Part shown: one piece after another, positions 12,215 through 22,558 of the stretch
Position numbering within the stretch: the first letter of the stretch is position 1
Layout of the letters: the number at the start of each line of letters is the position of its first letter
Assembly: GCA_002104945.1 (NCBI GenBank)
Contig: MCFH01000023.1
Coordinates: forward strand, 310,001-374,000
Origin: Piromyces finnis finn
Taxonomy: Eukaryota > Fungi > Neocallimastigomycota
Length of the DNA: 64,000 nt
Reading direction: 5' to 3'
Notes under the pieces: model-generated
The model's input: the letters and a program-made list of their open reading frames with translations, nothing else
Databases searched by the model: none
What the model was told of the DNA's origin: nothing
Program-made: the position numbers and the translations under genes

Positions 12215-13894
12215 ATGTATAAAAACATTTTATTATTATTAGTATTATGTGTAAGCTCTGCTTTATGTAGAACTGTAACATTTAAGATAATTTCCTTTGG
12301 TTCAAAGGTTCAAGTTAAAATTAATAAAAGTAAATATACTCTTAAACCTTTAAATAATGACGAAATTTTATATGCTGGTAAACTTTCTACTGCTCCAGAG
12401 GGTAAATTTAATTATCACTATATTGTTGATGGTAAAGAAGAAAATTTCAATAGAGTCTTTGATGCAAATGCTTCTACCACATACATTGAATTCTTTGAAA
12501 GAAAAGATACCGTTAAAAAGCTTAAGACTTTCTCTTATCCAAACAACAATTGGAATAGAAGTATTGGAAAAACCGAACTTTTTGATGATTCTTACATTCC
12601 AACCATTCATATTACAGGTAAAACCGCCGATGAGCTTTTCACTAAACCACAAAATAAGTATTACACTTTAGAAAAAGTTACTTTTTACTTTAAGAATAGT
12701 AAAAAGGTTGTAACAAATGTAAAGGCTAATCCAAAAAATAAGAATTTTGCTAAATTCCAAATTAAAATGAATATTAATTCTAAGAACAATGTATATGGTA
12801 GATATTTATTAAAATTACGTAATGGTGGTGAAGACCCAACCAATCTCCGCCAATTCATCTATGGTAACATTATTCAAGCTCTTGGTATGCCAAGTATTCA
12901 CTCAAATATGGTTCGTGTTTATTACAACAAGAAACCAGTTGGTTTTTACACCTTACAAGAAGAAGCCTACAGTGATTCCTTCATCAGAGCTGAATTCTAT
13001 GGTAATTCTACTACTCAAGCTATTAATGCACCATCTAAACTTGGTTATGCTTTAGATGGTAGTTGTGGTGCTGATTTTGAATATCATCCAGATGATATGA
13101 CTTACTACTGGCCATTCGCTGAAAAAAGTGGTGAAAGTAAGGACAGATTAGTTGCTCTTTGTGGTGCCATTTCAAAGTTAAATGTTAATAGTTCTAGTGC
13201 AGTTAAAAAATTTGAACAACAATGGTTCGACATTGATACTTTCCACAAAGCTATGGCTATGGAATACTTAACTGGTGATTGGGATGGTTATTGGTATGCT
13301 ACTAGTAACTTTGCTGTCTATGATGATCCAAACCAATCTACTAAGAATACCTATAAATTCTATTTCATTACACAAGATCATGATGAAACCTTTGGTGTTG
13401 GTCTTTGTCCACCACACAACACTGTCGGTTATAACTTCCCAAAGATTTCATACACTACTATGCTTAACAGAGAATGGCATGTTGTTCCTGATGATGCTGA
13501 TCACCGTACTTTAGTAGATAAATTCATTGCCGGTTCTCCAGCTCTTCAAAAACGTTTCCAAAATACTCTTATTTCAATCGTTCAAAATATTTTCAATCCA
13601 GTAGCTTTTAGAAATGTTGTTAGTTCATACTATAATCGTTATCAACCAGAAATGAAATGGGACTTTTCTTTCAAACGTTCATATACTCCATCTGCTGCTG
13701 CTGCTGCTGGTTCTCCAAACTACACTTACAATGATTTTGAAACTAATATGGAAAAGAAGGTTGGTGGTCTTGAATGGGGTCTTTATGAATGGGTTTCTCT
13801 TAGAGCCGAAGCAATTAAGAAGGAATTCTGTATTACCTGGAATGGTGACTCAAATCCACCAAAGAAATCTTGCAAACCAGCAAATAATTTATAA
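12215..13894 (+). CDS. cotH: Secreted CotH-family protein kinase, intronless, no dockerin
   Basis: 559 aa with a signal peptide. CotH-like motifs: LKLRNGGEDPTNLRQ, RVYYNKKPVGFYTLQE, EYLTGDWDGYW, NFAVY, QDHDETFG. Confidence 0.88.
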   Translation: MYKNILLLLVLCVSSALCRTVTFKIISFGSKVQVKINKSKYTLKPLNNDEILYAGKLSTAPEGKFNYHYIVDGKEENFNRVFDANASTTYIEFFERKDTVKKLKTFSYPNNNWNRSIGKTELFDDSYIPTIHITGKTADELFTKPQNKYYTLEKVTFYFKNSKKVVTNVKANPKNKNFAKFQIKMNINSKNNVYGRYLLKLRNGGEDPTNLRQFIYGNIIQALGMPSIHSNMVRVYYNKKPVGFYTLQEEAYSDSFIRAEFYGNSTTQAINAPSKLGYALDGSCGADFEYHPDDMTYYWPFAEKSGESKDRLVALCGAISKLNVNSSSAVKKFEQQWFDIDTFHKAMAMEYLTGDWDGYWYATSNFAVYDDPNQSTKNTYKFYFITQDHDETFGVGLCPPHNTVGYNFPKISYTTMLNREWHVVPDDADHRTLVDKFIAGSPALQKRFQNTLISIVQNIFNPVAFRNVVSSYYNRYQPEMKWDFSFKRSYTPSAAAAAGSPNYTYNDFETNMEKKVGGLEWGLYEWVSLRAEAIKKEFCITWNGDSNPPKKSCKPANNL

Positions 13895-14562
13895 ATTAAA
13901 TAATTAATAGAATCTATATTAAATTCATTCCTTTTTTTTTTTTTTTCCTTTTGAATAAGAAAAGGAAAAAAAATAATAATATAAATATATAATAGTTTTA
14001 TAATTTTATCTTTCTATTATAATAAAGTGTGTTATAGCACATAAACTTTTATAAAATAACATAATAAAATATACGATTATTTATAATATATATAATATTC
14101 GTTAAAAAATAATATTTTATATAAGATATTTACACACTAATTATCTACATTAAAATTTTATATTAAAAATTAAATGGGATATGTATTATAGAATAATCAA
14201 TATTAAAAACCTAACAATTCAAGAGTTATGATAGATAATCAAACTCCACTTTGTTTTTAAGCAAAGCAAAAATAATAAAAAAATCATGTTAAATAATAAT
14301 AAAAAAAAATAAACATTTTTATCATACATAATATCATATATTATTATATATGAATAATATATATTGTTAGTATTTTACTTTAAATTTTTAATATATTATA
14401 TTTATTAATTTAAACCATTTAATTTTCTTTTATTATTTTTGTAAAAAAATTTTTTTTTTAGAAATTCCTTATTTTCTTTGTATGTATTAAATATATTAAA
14501 TATCATAAATTTAATAATAAATAAGCTTTTTAATAGTTAACATTTATATTTATTAATTGATA

Positions 14563-14575
14563 TATTTTAATATGA
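14563..14575 (+). repeat. 5' target-site duplication of LINE copy 2 (TATTTTAATATGA)
   Basis: The identical 13-mer follows the poly(A) at 20221-20233. Confidence 0.92.
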
Positions 14576-14790
14576 CCCTCTTGGGTACGTGCCTTCATTT
14601 GTTTAATAAATGTAGTTTCTCAAGGGGGTCTACTCATGCTCATGGTACTGAGAGAGTAGAAAGAATTAAATCCAAGCATTGCGCAATGGATGCTTGGTTA
14701 GTCTTTAAGGGAAAATTATTAGGACTAAGCTCATGGTACTGAGCGATTAAAAAACATTTTATTCATCGAATTTAAGTATTTGATGAATAA
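14576..14790 (+). ncRNA. Candidate structured 5' leader RNA of the LINE (six adjacent hairpins)
   Basis: Stems: 14576-85/14619-28, 14630-35/14654-59, 14672-79/14690-97, 14698-705/14721-28, 14729-33/14740-44 and 14759-71/14778-90. Several differences between copies are G-U-compatible in the sense strand. Function is not shown. Confidence 0.5.
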
Positions 14791-15342
14791 GTGAATGTTT
14801 GATTTTTCAGGTAAGTTTGTATAGTATTTAATTAGAAGAGTAATACATTTTGTTGCTGTATTTTTTCTTTTATTCATGTATTCATGTAGTACTACTCTTC
14901 TCTTGTAAGAATCCAATGTAGTCAACTTTAGCATTTGCATTGTATTTTTATATTCATGTAGCTATTGTTGTATTGTTTCTTGTAAGAGACTGATTCACTC
15001 TACATCATGTAAAAATACTATTCACAAGCTTTCTGGTGTCAACATTCTTGATTCAAATTTTTTACCAATTTAAATATTTAATGAAAAGTAAAGTCAAACA
15101 ATTTTAGTGTCAAAAAGCGAATCGAATTTACTAACAACAAACCAAAACTAGAATTTTTAAAGAAAATTTACAACTAGAATTCAAAAAAAAGAAACTTTAA
15201 ACAAAGCATCGTAACAATTTTTGTACTATCCAGTACTTTTAAGAAGAGAGAGAGAGACAGATTTTTTTCCATATACGTTATATTTGTAATTTTTATTAGT
15301 ATTTATTTTATATTCAATATTTTTTAATTAGAATTTATTATC

Positions 15343-18300
15343 ATGTCAGTCCTTTATATTAAAGATAAGAATTATATCAGACGTGGTACCCGGTCTTATG
15401 GTATCCCCTTAGATGATATTCGCTCCTTCTTTATCCGTGGTATTCGATCATGGTCAGTAAATATGTTATGGGAAAAACTCGAGGTTATTCTAGAAGATAA
15501 ATTTAATTCAGTTATTAGTGTTAAATATTTTCAAACTTTCAATGATCACTTTTTCTTAGTCAAGGTTCATGGTTCATCAAAAGATTGTATTAAAATCTTA
15601 CACATGTTAAAGAAGAAACTTTCAGTTACCTCAATTTCCTTTTCAGCTCGTAGTAGAAGGAATCACAAATACACTTTTTCCACACTCAAACGTAAAATTT
15701 TAGTTTCTAATAAACATCAACATTCTATTCAACAATCATTTCAACAATCAGTTCAACAATCAGTTCAACAATCAGTTCAACAATCTCATCAACAATCCGA
15801 TCTTCAACAAGATCTTCAACAGGATCTTCAACAAGTTTCCCATCATGAAAATATTCCAGATCTACAGCAAACACAATTTCAATCTCAACATTCAACAATT
15901 AATTCTAATAGTTCTATCAACTCTGATAACAGTTCAATAGTTGATAGTTCTTCAGTTTCACAGCCATCTAGTAATAGTTCTACTTATTCCTCTGATGCAT
16001 CATCCATTAATAATGATGACCTTGATAATAATAATAATAGCAACGATTCTTCCTCATCCAACAAGCCTGATAACTTTTCTTTTTGTCTTAGTTGGAACAC
16101 CAATGGGTGGAATCACGAAAAGAGAGATAGTATTAGCTATTTCACAGCTATTTTCAAACCATTATTCTTATGTTTCCAAGAAACTGGTAATGGTTCTGGA
16201 TCGAATACAGATTATCCTTGTCGTGTTACTTTGCGAAACTATAGACACTTTTTCAAGAAAGCTGACGAATCAGTTCCTGGAATGAGAGGTTTATATTTAG
16301 GTTTTCACAATTCGTGTCAAGCCTCACTTGAAAACTTCTCTGGAAAGTATATTATTTCTATTTATACTTTTAGTCTCTGGAATAGATTCAAATGCTCGAT
16401 TGGAAATGTTTATATGCCTCATAGTCATCACAACATCTATGTTGATCATGCAAAGTTAGAAGTTCGCTTGTGGTTACAAACTCATTCATCCCATCCATCG
16501 ATTCTTGTTGGTGATTTTAATATGTCTAAAGTAAAATTATCCAACTGGTTATCAACTAATGGATTAGGAGATTGGGAAATTCTTCCGCTTAGAGGGTCTA
16601 CTATCTCTTGGACTCGAGGTGATCAATCTTCCGACATTGACCATGCTCTTATCAATTCGAAGATGAAAGATCTTATTCACTCAGGATCATTTATAAATAA
16701 TTTTTATCCTGTATCAGACCATAAGCCACTTCTTATTAATGGTAAAATTATTCCTATGGAAGATTTTTCTAATGACTTTAATGTTCCTAAGAAAATTCTG
16801 AAATGGAATAGATTAAAATGTATTGAGGAAAAGGAATCTATTCTCAGTCATAATAAATTCCAAATACTTTCAGCAAAATTCAACGATCCTAATGTTTCTA
16901 CAGATGAACTTTCCAAAGAGTTTACTTCAACTGCTTTTTCAATTGCAGACGAGCTCAGTATTACCTCAGCAAATAATGTTATAAAGTCTTCATTTCATAT
17001 TTCACAACAAATTTTTAATCTCCAAAAAATCAAAATGAAGTTGTATAAGAGATTTAAAAAAGAAAGAATTTATGATATAGATGAATTTATTAAAAGAATT
17101 AAAATCTACCGTAAGCTCATTGATTACATCCACAAAAGATGTAATGAATTTAGGAAACAAGAATATCTTCATTGGATTAAAACAGGATGTGAGTATATGA
17201 AGAGTCATAATCCTAAGAAGGCCTGGAAATGGATCAAGAAAACTGCAAAAATTGGAAAAGATCCTTTCTTTATTGCTCAACCAATTAAAAATAAAAATGG
17301 AGAATTAGTTGTTGCTACGGAAGAACAACTAGATGTGTGGCATGATCATTTCGAAAAGCTTGCATCAGATCCAAGTGGTGTAAGTCTTGATTTGGAGCAT
17401 TGGTATGAAGAACCAACGAATAAACGTTTTTCACTTCCTATGCTTGATGAGTGGGATATCAACCAAGATATTAGTATTGATGAAGTCAAGTCAGCTATCC
17501 TCTCTACTCCGAATTATAAAGCATCAGGTCCGGATGGTATTCCAATTGAATTTTACAAAGCATTAATTCCATCAAGTAATGATTCTAATAATGCTACAGA
17601 TAATAATTCTTCCGGTAATACCACTTCAGATAATGATGCTTATGGTTTAAATTTTATTCTTAAATTATTCAACCGTATTTGGGATGGAGACTTCCCCAAC
17701 TCATGGAATGAATCCAGTATTGTTTCTATTCCTAAGAAGGGAGATTTGACAGATTGTGATAACTATTGAGGTATATCACTTATCAATAATGGTATTAAGT
17801 TGATTTCCAAAATTGTCACCACTAGAATCTCAGAATATGGTCTAAAGAATAATTTCATTAGACCTGAACAATTTGGTTTTCGAAAAAAGGAAGAAAGTAT
17901 CAGTCTTTTCATTTCAATCCAAGAAATATGCCGTAGACGTCAATTAGATAATAAAGAGACATATTTGGCCTTTTTAGATTTCAGGAAAGCATACGATTCA
18001 GTCCCAATCGGTAATATTCTCCATAAATTAGATTGTTTAGGAATCCGAGGTAAGAGTTTACAATTCATCAAAAATTTATATTTAACATCTAAGGCTAATG
18101 TCAAATTAGATGGACAATTCTCGAAATCTTTTGATGTGAAGAAAGGAGTCCGTCAAGGATGCCCTCTTTCTCCTATTCTCTTTAATCTCTTTATTAATGA
18201 TATATTTAAAGAGTGCGAAGATCTTGGAGTCAGTTTAGGTGACACTCGATGCTGTGGTGGACTTTTTGCAGATGATATAGTTATTTGTGCTCCAACAAGA

Positions 18301-19956
18301 GGATGCTTAAAAAAGATGCTTAGAAGAGTTAATGAATGGGCCTTGTATAATGAAATGGAATTTGGTATCCAGAAGTGTTCAACGATGGTGATTCGTCCTG
18401 AATCAATAGAAAATCAGAACAAGAAGGATCCAACATTTTACTTAACAGGACAACCCATTCCAACTACTGATTGTTATACTTATCTAGGTGTTCCATTTGA
18501 TAAGAATTTGTCCCTTAAACCAGTAATTAAAGCTCTTAATAACAAGGTTTTGAAAGGACTTTTCTCAGTCAGTAAATTCTTAAGAAATCCTAATATTCCT
18601 ATTCCTTTCAAAAAGCTAGTACTTAACTCACAAGTGATTAGCAGAGTTTCATACTTTGCACCATTACTTGGATCCAACAAAGCTAGGTCTAGAATTGCTC
18701 AGAAGCATGTTAACAAAGGAATACGATGGGTTGCCGGAGTTCATAAAGCTGTATCGTTTATTTCTTTATACTCTATTTCAAAAGATTTGAATATTCCTCC
18801 ATTGTCAGCCAAATGTGCATTAGCTCAGGTTAGATGTTTTAACAAATGGAAAAACTCAAATTGTATTATCTCACACCTTGTCAATTACATTCCTAAATTT
18901 AGAAAATACACGTGGTGCAAATCAAGTAGGACACTTGATAAAAAACTAAAGAAACATGGAGATGTTAAAGCAGTTAAAAACTTTTATTGGAAAGATCTCA
19001 AAGGGAATTCAATCAAAGCGCAATATTATGATGATAATAAGTTTATTGATACTAAAGATTTTATTAAATTATGTTATGAATACCCAGAGTTTGCCTATGG
19101 CTTCTACTGGCTATTGAAAGCAAGAAGCGGATACAAGTTGGATGCTAGAGTTGCCAAAGCTGCCAAATTTGTTGATCCAGTTTGTCCTAACTACTGTCCA
19201 TGTTGCAAGTGTGGAGATCAAAGTATTAAACATTGGTTATTAGATTGTCCAACATTTAGAGATATCCGTATTAAACATTATGATTCCATAGTCCAGCTAT
19301 TAAATTTTTTCAGCCAACGTAATTCCAATAGTCCTATCAATAATAATGAAAATGTTAATTTCAGTAGAGATAGTAATAACATTAATAGTAATAGTAACAA
19401 TAGTAGTAATAATAATTACAATAGTAATAGTAACAATAGTAATAGTAACAATAGTAATAGTAACAATAGTAATAGTAACAATAGTAATAGTAACAATAGT
19501 AATAGTAACAATAGTAATAATAACAATAATTGAAATAATAATATTAGTAATGATAGCAATAGTGAAGATAATAATTCTAATTTAGATAGTAATTTAGTTA
19601 ATGATAGTAATAGTTCTAATAATCCGGTGAATATTAATGTGTATGATTATTCTAGTGTGTGCAGTAAAATATTTAAATTCCTTCTTGGGGGAAGAAGTTT
19701 TAACAATATTAATTACAATTCAAGGGAATGGAAAGAACTTTGTAAGCGTCAGATTCAATCTGGTACTAATGAAGGAACACCATTCTTGACGGTAACCGCG
19801 GAACTTCTAACCAAAATCATGCCTTTTGCTATTGGCCAGCAATGGTCAATGTTCAAAAGGTTTGAAGCAACATCCAAGAGCGTCAATGCTGAAGAAACAG
19901 TAAGACAGACCAGGAGGGCCAGCGCAACCAATGGAGATCATAATTTTGTTCCATGA
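15343..19956 (+). pseudogene. Single LINE polyprotein frame (1537 codons) interrupted by two in-frame TGA (17767-69, 19531-33)
   Basis: Track ORFs 15343-17769, 17800-19533 and 19627-19956 are all in the same frame. The intervening codons translate as continuous RT (NY*GISL) and Asn-tract sequence. Copy 3 has AGA (Arg) at the second stop. Confidence 0.9.
19370..19545 (+). repeat. Coding Asn/Ser microsatellite, including about 6 units of AATAGTAACAATAGT, inside the LINE ORF
   Basis: Read directly. The equivalent tract in copy 3 (about 33300-33445) has different units and length but keeps the frame. Confidence 0.9.
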
Positions 19957-20220
19957 CAAAATTTTGATCTTTGGCTCGGTGTCCCATTGGAAGTCAAATA
20001 CAATTATTATACTTTAGTATGATAGTGGCTTTCTTACTTTAATTAAAATTACTAGAATACATTATACCCAATTTTTATTCATTTGTGTTTATTTAAACAT
20101 ATTTTTTTTTATTTTTATTTTAATTTTAATTTTTTTATTACATGTATTATAATTTTAATTAAATTAATAATAAAGTTTAAAATATTTGATGCCGTTAAAA
20201 AAAAAAAAAAAAAAAAAAAA

Positions 20221-20233
20221 TATTTTAATATGA
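20221..20233 (+). repeat. 3' target-site duplication of LINE copy 2
   Basis: TATTTTAATATGA immediately after the poly(A), the same as 14563-14575. Confidence 0.92.
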
Positions 20234-20699
20234 TATATAATATATTAAAATATTCCAATTTAGTCTAATTTTTAGTTTAAAGACACTAAAGACCAATTTT
20301 AACTAAAAAGTAATAAAAATAAAATAGTTATAGTTTTTATCCCTTTAGTGTATAAAGAAAGAACATGAATACTATCATTTTATTGAATATGAATAAAAAA
20401 AAAAAGTAATTCTTTATATTTAAAAAAAAAAGTAAACAACTAAATTCTTATTTTAAATTCTTTAATATTTATGAAAAATTCTAATAAAATATACTAATTA
20501 TAAATGAACAATATATATTTCTTCTTTTTACTATTAATTTAGCAATTATTTTAAAAATTTATAACTTCTATATTATTACTATCATTGGGTAATTAAGTAT
20601 ACTTGTAATATAATGTAGAAATGTATATTATATAGTTTACACTATTTTAATTAATATTGATTATAAAAAGTATTTTTATATCATTTATTATTAATGACA

Positions 20700-21027
20700 G
20701 ATATATGGAATCATTACTAGAAGCAATACTAGAAATATTATTATTAAAGGAATTGTTTTCTGAAGAATTATTATTAGAAGCATTAGTCAAAGGAATTAAT
20801 GCTTTGTAAAATTCAATCGGAATATATCCTGGACCTGATGCTTTATAATTTGGAGTAGCACCTAGTTCTATGTTTTAACGATTAATTGGTTAAGCAATAA
20901 AAAAAAAAAAAAAAAAAGATGAGTCTTTTCTAATTTTATCAATTTTTTTAAATCCACTTCCAAGCCTTCTTAGGATTTTATATTTTCATATATAATCACA
21001 ACCCATTTTAATCAAGTGAAGATATTC

Positions 21028-21061
<34 letters not shown>

Positions 21062-21990
21062 CATAATTTACTAACTTACTATGTATAAATACTACGAATA
21101 AAGAAAGTGTTAATATTATCTAATGGAATCCCATAATAAGAGGACACCTCATGTGACAAAATTTTTTTATTTTTCATAAAATGGGACTAACACGATAACT
21201 AATTCTAATAGATAATAATCGGTAATGGGTAAATTTTTCTCTCTCTCTCTCCTTATTAAATGTACAAATAAATGCTTCAATTTTTTTAATAAAAGTTTCT
21301 TGTGAAAAATTCTAATTGCTAACTTTCAAATGTAAATTCTAGTTGTGGATTTTTTTTTTTTTTTTTTAACGGCATCAAATATTTTTAAACTATATTATTA
21401 ATTTAATTAAAATTATAATACATAATATAAAAAATTAAAAAATTAAAATAAAAATAAAAATAAAAAAAAAATAGGTTTAAATAAACATAAATGAATAAAA
21501 ATCGGGTATAATGTATACCAGTCATTTTGATTAAAGTAAGAAAGCCACCATTATGCTAAAGTATAATAATTGTATTTGACTTCCAATGGGACATCGAGCC
21601 AACGATCAAAATTTTATCATGGGACAAAATTATGATCTCCATTGGTTGTGCTGGCCCTCCTGGCCTGTCTTACTGTTTCTTCAGCATTGACGCTCTTGGC
21701 TGCTGCTTCAAACCTTTTGAACATTGACTCATTGCTGACCAATAGCAAAAGGCATACTTTTGTTTAGAAGTTCCGCTGTTACCGTCAAGAATAGTATTCC
21801 TTCGTAAGTGCTCGATTGAATCTGACACTTGCAAAGTTCTTTCCATTCCCTTGAATTGTAATTGATATTGTTAAAATTTCTTTAGATTATTATTAGTAAA
21901 TTCAAATTACTTTTACAACACTGGTAATATAAAAGCAATTTGATTGATTTCGATTTTCCTTAAATATTTAAAATATTATATAAAAAAAAA
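20700..21990 (-). mobile_element. Old, internally deleted relic of the LINE family (RT-start fragment, linker fragment, ORF start and 5' UTR), split by a younger insertion at about 21350
   Basis: 20710-20850 translates TPNYKASGPGYIPIEFYKALIP; 20940-21030 resembles QEYLHWIKTGCEYM...KKAWKWIKK. 21090-21345 resembles 2590-2890 of copy 1 including (CT)n, and 21893-21975 (ttagtaaattc...ttaaatatttaaa) continues that 5' UTR match. Confidence 0.7.
21350..21882 (-). mobile_element. 5'-truncated LINE copy (C-terminal coding end, 3' UTR, A18 tail)
   Basis: T18 at 21350-21367 then aacggcatcaaatattt..., the reverse complement of 19700-20196 with visible substitutions. No clear TSD. Confidence 0.9.
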
Positions 21991-22558
21991 AAAAAAGCAT
22001 TTTTAAGTTTACAAATAATTTTTTATTTATTATTTATTTATTTTTCTTATAATAAAGAATTTATATGTTAATATCTTACTATCCCAACTTTTATTTAGTT
22101 AGAATTTAAAAAAATTAAAAAAAAACTTTTTATTAAATAGAAGATATTTAATTACATCTGTAGTTATTATTGAATTTTCTTTTTTCTCATAAATAATGGT
22201 TTTTTTTTATAAAATATTTACTTTAAATATTTATAAATATTTATTATAAATAAAATATATTTTATAAATTATTTTTTTATTTAAACTTTTTGTAAAGTTT
22301 AAATACAATAAAGTAAAAAAAAAAAATAAATTTTTATATATATTTTTTTTTTTTTATTTTTTACTTTATTTTATTATATATAAATTATTTTATCATTAAC
22401 CAACGAGAATAGTAAAGATTTTTTGTATATTTAAATTTGTTTTTAATATACTCTATTATTCTTTTTTTTTAAAAAAAAAAAAATTACCATTTTACATTTT
22501 GATAGTTTTTATAGTTTCTATTAACTTTTATAATGTTATTTTTTATAATATTTCATAT

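Larger units (their letters stand above)
14576..20220 (+). mobile_element. Full-length LINE, copy 2 (767-nt 5' UTR, single frame 15343-19956, about 240-nt 3' UTR, A24 tail, 13-bp TSD)
   Basis: APE, RT (QFGFR, LDFRKAYDSV, GVRQGCPLSPILFNLFIND, LFADD, YTYLG) and CCHC (CPCCKCGDQSIKHWLLDC) motifs. It ends GATGCCGTT(A)24 at 20197-20220 and is flanked by TATTTTAATATGA on both sides. Confidence 0.97.

Noticed and set aside
14645-14665. CTGAGAGAGTAGAAA as a minimal hammerhead core
   Set aside because: It does not fit CUGANGA, there is no stem II pair, and no matching stem I/III with an NUH site was found.
14557-14742. 61-aa sense ORF over the LINE 5' end
   Set aside because: It starts with TTG/non-ATG in flanking DNA outside the TSD-defined element, so it cannot be an element gene.
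17767-17769. TGA as selenocysteine
   Set aside because: The conserved residue is Arg, not Cys, and no SECIS-like AUGA/AA/GA element was evident in the 3' UTR.
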